Positions 37,244 to 42,091 of a stretch of DNA of 42,091 nucleotides are shown here, in pieces. Position numbers and translations under genes: made by a program. The stretch is from Bigelowiella natans CCMP2755. Its lineage: Eukaryota > Protista > Cercozoa. Location: positions 1 through 42,091 of the forward strand of contig ADNK01001473.1 of NCBI GenBank assembly GCA_000320545.1. The letters are read 5' to 3'. Within the stretch, counting starts at the first letter, position 1. The number at the start of each line of letters is the position of its first letter. Below the pieces are notes generated by a model that worked only from the letters and a program-made list of their open reading frames with translations, had not been told where the DNA came from and ran no database searches.

Positions 37244-39084
37244 CATATCGTTCCTCGTACATCTTGTTCACTATCTTGTTTGATGAAAGTTGGAACCAGC
37301 GATCTCGATGTTCCTTAATATGCTGCGTGCATTGCACGACATGGTAGCATATGGCGACAGAGAAAATCGGAAGATTGGATTTCGCGTTCAACGAAATCTC
37401 TTTTATCAAGACACCGTCCTTACGATGCTAATGAAGCTCGTTCGCGAGTAGTGTGACCTTTCTGATATTATTCTATGTTATAAAAGACAAAAATCTATCA
37501 TATAAATCAATATTTGTGCGTGGTTGACAACTTATTCTGAACATACTGTTTTCATCCATCATCTGCAAAAACTATTAACAAACAACATTCTCTATCACCG
37601 ACATAACAAGTTGCTGCTCAAAGGTACCGAATCGTGCGAAATCGGCGGAGTCACCTTTCAAACTTGGTGAAATGCGTCTATTATGTTCTTCGGATGTTGG
37701 GCAAGATAGACGACTCGCACGCTTCTGAATTTCTCATGAAGACTCGTGTCAAAGTCAAGAAAAGTAAGAAGAAAGTAAATGCAGACAGTAATGAGCTTGA
37801 GCAACAGCAGCAGAAGAAGGCGGTAACAGAAGAAGAGTACGTTGAGAAAGGTGATTTTATTCGAATAATACTACTACAACATCTAAAAATGGATGGATGC
37901 AGTTATTTTTTAGATCTATGTAGTTACGAAATAGAAGCAGCATCGAAGTGTGTGTAGCAATACTCGAAAGAAGAGAACGATCGCTACTACTTCTAGCTTT
38001 CCCAGGACTTTTGACTGATTGATTCGATTTGATCTGGTCGTTACAACAGAATTCACGTTCGAAATGAATCGGTTCATTGCTTCGTTGGCCCATCCAGTGA
38101 TTATCTCCAACTATTTCTTGCTCCTACGTTCCTTTGAAGACAATAGTGAGGAGACAAACGACTGCATTTGTCGCTTCTTTCAACGCTTAGCATTCGATCT
38201 GAGAGCGGTAGTAAGTAAGTAGTGAAGAGATATAACTTTAACACCTCCTCCTTATCCCCACCCAATTCGTAGTATTTATAATAGTGTAGCTATACAGTAA
38301 GTAAATGGTAGCAGTAGAACCAGGCTGCGCGTATCATCACAGAGTTGTTAATTCACCCACTTAATAATACCACTCAATAAAATTTCTTCACTTTTATTTG
38401 AGATCATCATCATCATACTACTTTCTGCATTATCATCATAAGAGCCAATGTAGTCGCTGTTGCTATTATTATTTACAGGTACCGGTATTTTTCCAGCTCT
38501 CATACTTAATGGTATTTGAGGCAATACTGAACAGTAAGGTTAAGAAGAAAACTGTGAAAAAACTCAAGGATTTCGCTAAGTACGTCATCGCCAAATTTGC
38601 CAAAGTGGCCAAACGTAATCGTATTGTATTCATGGAGTTGTGCTTCCTCAAAACTCTTGGGGTATGTGAAAGCATCTATCATCCCGAAAAGGAAGTACGA
38701 ACAATAGCTGAGAAGGCCAAGCAGCGACGTATAAAAATGCAAAGAGATCGTGAACGTGCGGAGAGGGAAATGCTTGAGAAGGGTCGCGAAATGCATGAAG
38801 ACGAAGAAACCTTGGACGATGACGGTGTAGAGAAGCTCGAAGAAAGGGCCAGGAAAGCTCAAGAAGGCCTTATCGAAGATGAAGGTTATACTAGTTGGTT
38901 GCTAGTCGAAATAGGAAAAGGGAGGGGGTGGGTGAGAAAAAATATAGCATAGTGGAAGCAGTTGTGCTACGATAGTCGTAGAGGAAAATGAAATTCTTTA
39001 GGAAATCATGAGATCGATCAATGAAATCTCCTTATTCTTGTCCTCTCTGGGGAAATAATGAGATCGATCAATGAACTCTCCTTT

Positions 39085-39128
<44 letters not shown>

Positions 39129-41603
39129 CTCAGGGCTAGTAGCACGGCCTTGGAGTCGGGAAGAAGACGAAATTTTAAAAGAAAACTTCGACTATTACAA
39201 GCATCTTGGAGAGGATGGGATTGAAATTTTAACAGGAATGCTTTCAGCACGGACTTCCTTTCACGTCAAAAAACGTCTAAGAAAATTGAAACTCAAAATA
39301 CCAAAACAGTAAGAAGAAATCAAACGTTTTCGTCAACATTAGAGTTATTGAGCACTTGATTAGACACGTCTATGTCAGCATCGAAGTCATCATCTCACTT
39401 GATACATACTACTACACAATTACATACATACCTACATACATCCAGTTAATCATCAATAATAATAATAATCATCATCATCATCATCACCGACTCCGTATAC
39501 TCCCAAATCCCTTATTATCAATATCAACCTCATAGACTCATAATATTCAAACCAATACTTAATAAACAAAGGAAAAAGAAGGATAGAAGAAAAAGTATGC
39601 AACGACACAGCACAGGCAACGTGCACAGCGATGGTGATGATGATGATGATGATGGAATCAGTGAGGAAGAAATGTACGACGACGATGAGGACATCAGCGA
39701 CGGAAGACAAATACCGATTCTTGTGCCTCACGATTTCAAAAATAAACTGAATGCTGCACTTGTTCTAAGTCGTCACGAGGTATTAAGTCTTCAACCTCAG
39801 AGCAAAGATGAGAAGGAGAGTAATATAAGCAGCAGCAGCAGCAGAGATGGTGATTCTATAGCTGTTATCAATACCATCTTAGCCAAGCTCAAGAGGTGTA
39901 TTGGAGTCTGGGAGGAGTCAAAAAACGAGGAGCAACAACTTGACGATGGCAATGGAAGTAGTAGCGAGGAGAATCAAGACGATTTTGATACACAAGTGGC
40001 AGATTTCCCCTTAATACCTTTGACAGAGGAGGAATTTCATTGGTTGGAAATGCCTTTAGCAAAAGACCTGCTTACTGCCGCACAATTCAAACCACCAGAT
40101 ATCGATGCATGCGAAATCTATTGGCGGGTATCACCTACTTCTATTTCAGCAGCAGCTGATAGTACTAGTAGAAGTGATTATATTAGTAATAGGACGAAAA
40201 GCAGTAGCAGCAGCATCCTGGCACTAAGATACATCAAAACTCTAGTGAATACTATTGAGGAGACTCTTGTGCAATGGCAGCAGAAGAACAAGCAGCCGCA
40301 TGGCAATAGAAACAACCCAGTAGCAGTAGAAGTAGCATCGGAGTCAGTACTACTACCTCGTACAGATGATGGGAACACGCAAGATCATACTCAAGAGAGT
40401 AGTAGTAGTAGTAGTGAAAAACAGAAACATGATGTCACCAGTACGAAAACAAGTGGTGGTGGTGGTGGTGGTGGGGAGGAGGAAGAAGAAGACAAAGATG
40501 AGCTCGATAGTAGAGGTAGCAACAATCCCACTGCTACTGCTGCTGATGCTACCACTACTACTACTACAACTACTACCACTACCTCTAGTGATAATACTAA
40601 TACTGCAGTCGATGATAACGGGAACGAACAAGAAGATACCCAAGAAGAAAAAACAAAAAGGGGTTCAGAAGATGATCATAAGATTGATAATGGCGACGTG
40701 GAGATGAGAATGATCAAGAGTGTAAAGGAGTTCAAGGTGGACAAAGAGGAAGAAGAAGAAGAAGAAGAAAAAGAAAGGAAGAATAGAGATAATGATGATG
40801 ATGATGATTCAGCTGCTGCTGGTCCCGACAACAACAAAGAGAGTCAGAAGAGTGAAGCTGGCAGTAGCAATAATAGTGGTAGTTCTAACTGCAGTAACAG
40901 CAAGGAGAAGACAAAAGAGATAACTAGCACTGTATTTGGTGTAAGTATCGGTGCATCAATGGCTACTGCTGCTGCTGCTGCTTTAAATAAAAGTGATGAT
41001 GATGATGATATTGCTTCAAATGTTCTACCAAATACCGAAAAAAGAAGAACCAACAAACGTCGTAGAGATGAAGAAGAGGAAGAAAAACAAGGCCAGAATC
41101 AAGTGGGTGAGGAGGAGGAGGATAAGGAATGCGGTGATTCTTCCAGTGGCGGACACGATAGTAGTAGCGCAAGTTGTATGATGATGAAGAAGATACAAGG
41201 GGGAAATGACGGGCTTGATCATGCTCGCGACCATTCTCGTACAAATCATGATGACCGGAAAATTAGTCGCTCAGATGGAACATCATCCTTTTTGAATGAG
41301 GATAATCTTCAATTCAGAAAACAAGCAAATCTTCAGAAAGAACAACATTTTTGCAAGGAGCGCAAATCAACTAACGTTAGAAACTCGCACAAAAAGCTTA
41401 AATCTTCTTTTATGGAGAAAGCAATTGAGTCGTCGCAGGAGTTTATTGTGCAACCTGCTGAGTCAGCGCCATTATCTCCAAAGAAGCGCAAATCTCTAGA
41501 AGATAGCTTTAGCAGTGGCAGGAAGGAATTAGTAACGCCTAAAGAGGCTGGGGGTGGTAGAAATTTGTGTTCGAAGAGGCAGAGAGTAGCGATGGATGGA
41601 TAA
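33880..41603 (+). CDS. TIMELESS: TIMELESS/Tof1/Swi1 replication fork protection complex subunit, 16 exons
   Basis: Spliced N-terminus MEEDLLECVQGLGTFDEDG...GCLSDIEYMIKRDNPE|TRMVYITLGKWEIVQGSLVPL...V|RLLVRLTMP; HLQKYKVAF; LELFLTLCVNLLKIPD; SRHPRFGS; RNLFY; FFQRLAFDL..FFQLSYL; Myb-like RPWSREEDEILKENF; PARP-binding-domain-like FPLIPLTEEE...KPPD...YWRVSP. The exon chain I traced is GT-AG and in frame. Confidence 0.95.
39001..39095. repeat. 50-bp imperfect tandem duplication in a TIMELESS intron
   Basis: ggaaatMatgagatcgatcaatgaaMtctcctt... starts at 39001 and 39051. Confidence 0.85.
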
Positions 41604-41723
41604 GATTAAGGCGCAATACGCAGGAACACCCTAGTAGCGTAGGTAGTTCATAAAAGGATATCAGAATCATTGCCAGCGAATTGCTAGGTTTGTGGAACAA
41701 ATCTTCATCATCATCATCCCATA

Positions 41724-41817
41724 CCTTGCACGATGTAATTCTTGTGTGAAATCAGCAAGAAATCGCTGTGCTTGCTCACGTGAAGGTATGAGCCCAATGG
41801 CGTGTTGACAATTTTTC

Positions 41818-41818
<1 letters not shown>
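41724..41818 (-). CDS. Probable internal or 3' exon of a convergent gene extending beyond the window
   Basis: On the minus strand, tcag|...KNCQHAIGLIPSREQAQRFLADFTQELHRA...|gtatgg is bounded by canonical splice sites next to a microsatellite intron. Confidence 0.4.
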
Positions 41819-41820
<2 letters not shown>

Positions 41821-41898
<78 letters not shown>

Positions 41899-42091
41899 CG
41901 CGCGCGCGCGCGCGCGCGCGCGCGCGCGCGCGCGCGCGCGCGCGCGCGCGCGCGCGCGCGCGCGCGCGCGCGCGAGCGAGAGCGCGAGAGATAGATCTAT
42001 CTATCTCACACACACACACACACACACACAGACACACACACACACATACATATACATATAAATCTGTATGTGTGTGTGTGTGTGTGTGTGT
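41821..42091. repeat. Compound microsatellite: (AT) 77 bp + (GC) 77 bp + (AG)/(CA)/(TG)
   Basis: AT run 41821-41897, GC run 41898-41974, then (CA)n and (TG)n. Confidence 0.95.

Overview
Eukaryotic nuclear DNA from a compact, intron-rich, microsatellite-rich genome, probably a microbial eukaryote; I cannot assign the taxon from sequence alone. Reading splice sites by hand gives about ten genes in nearly alternating orientation: an unidentified multi-exon gene (-), a multi-pass membrane protein (+), a 12-exon stand-alone shikimate dehydrogenase (-), a dually acylated protein with 3 SKICH/Ig-like repeats and EF-hands (+), ROMO1/Mgr2 (-), a tandem double-NTF2 protein (+), a large BPI/TULIP (HAM1-like) protein (-), an NF-YB/NC2beta-type histone-fold plus WW protein (+), a 16-exon TIMELESS/Tof1 (+), and probably the 3' end of a convergent gene (-). 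The most striking signal is non-genic. Four intergenic islands (about 8.6-9.7, 18.4-19.65, 22.2-22.6 and 31.6-33.4 kb) are repeat relics depleted of TpA, with none at all over about 650 bp at 32491-33140, and CTAG is the main surviving context. Two paralogous repeat pairs in the window differ mainly as TA vs TG vs CA. This points to a repeat-targeted, both-strand TpA->TpG/CpA (A-to-G) hypermutation process, the mirror image of fungal RIP. All domain calls are by motif recognition, not database search.
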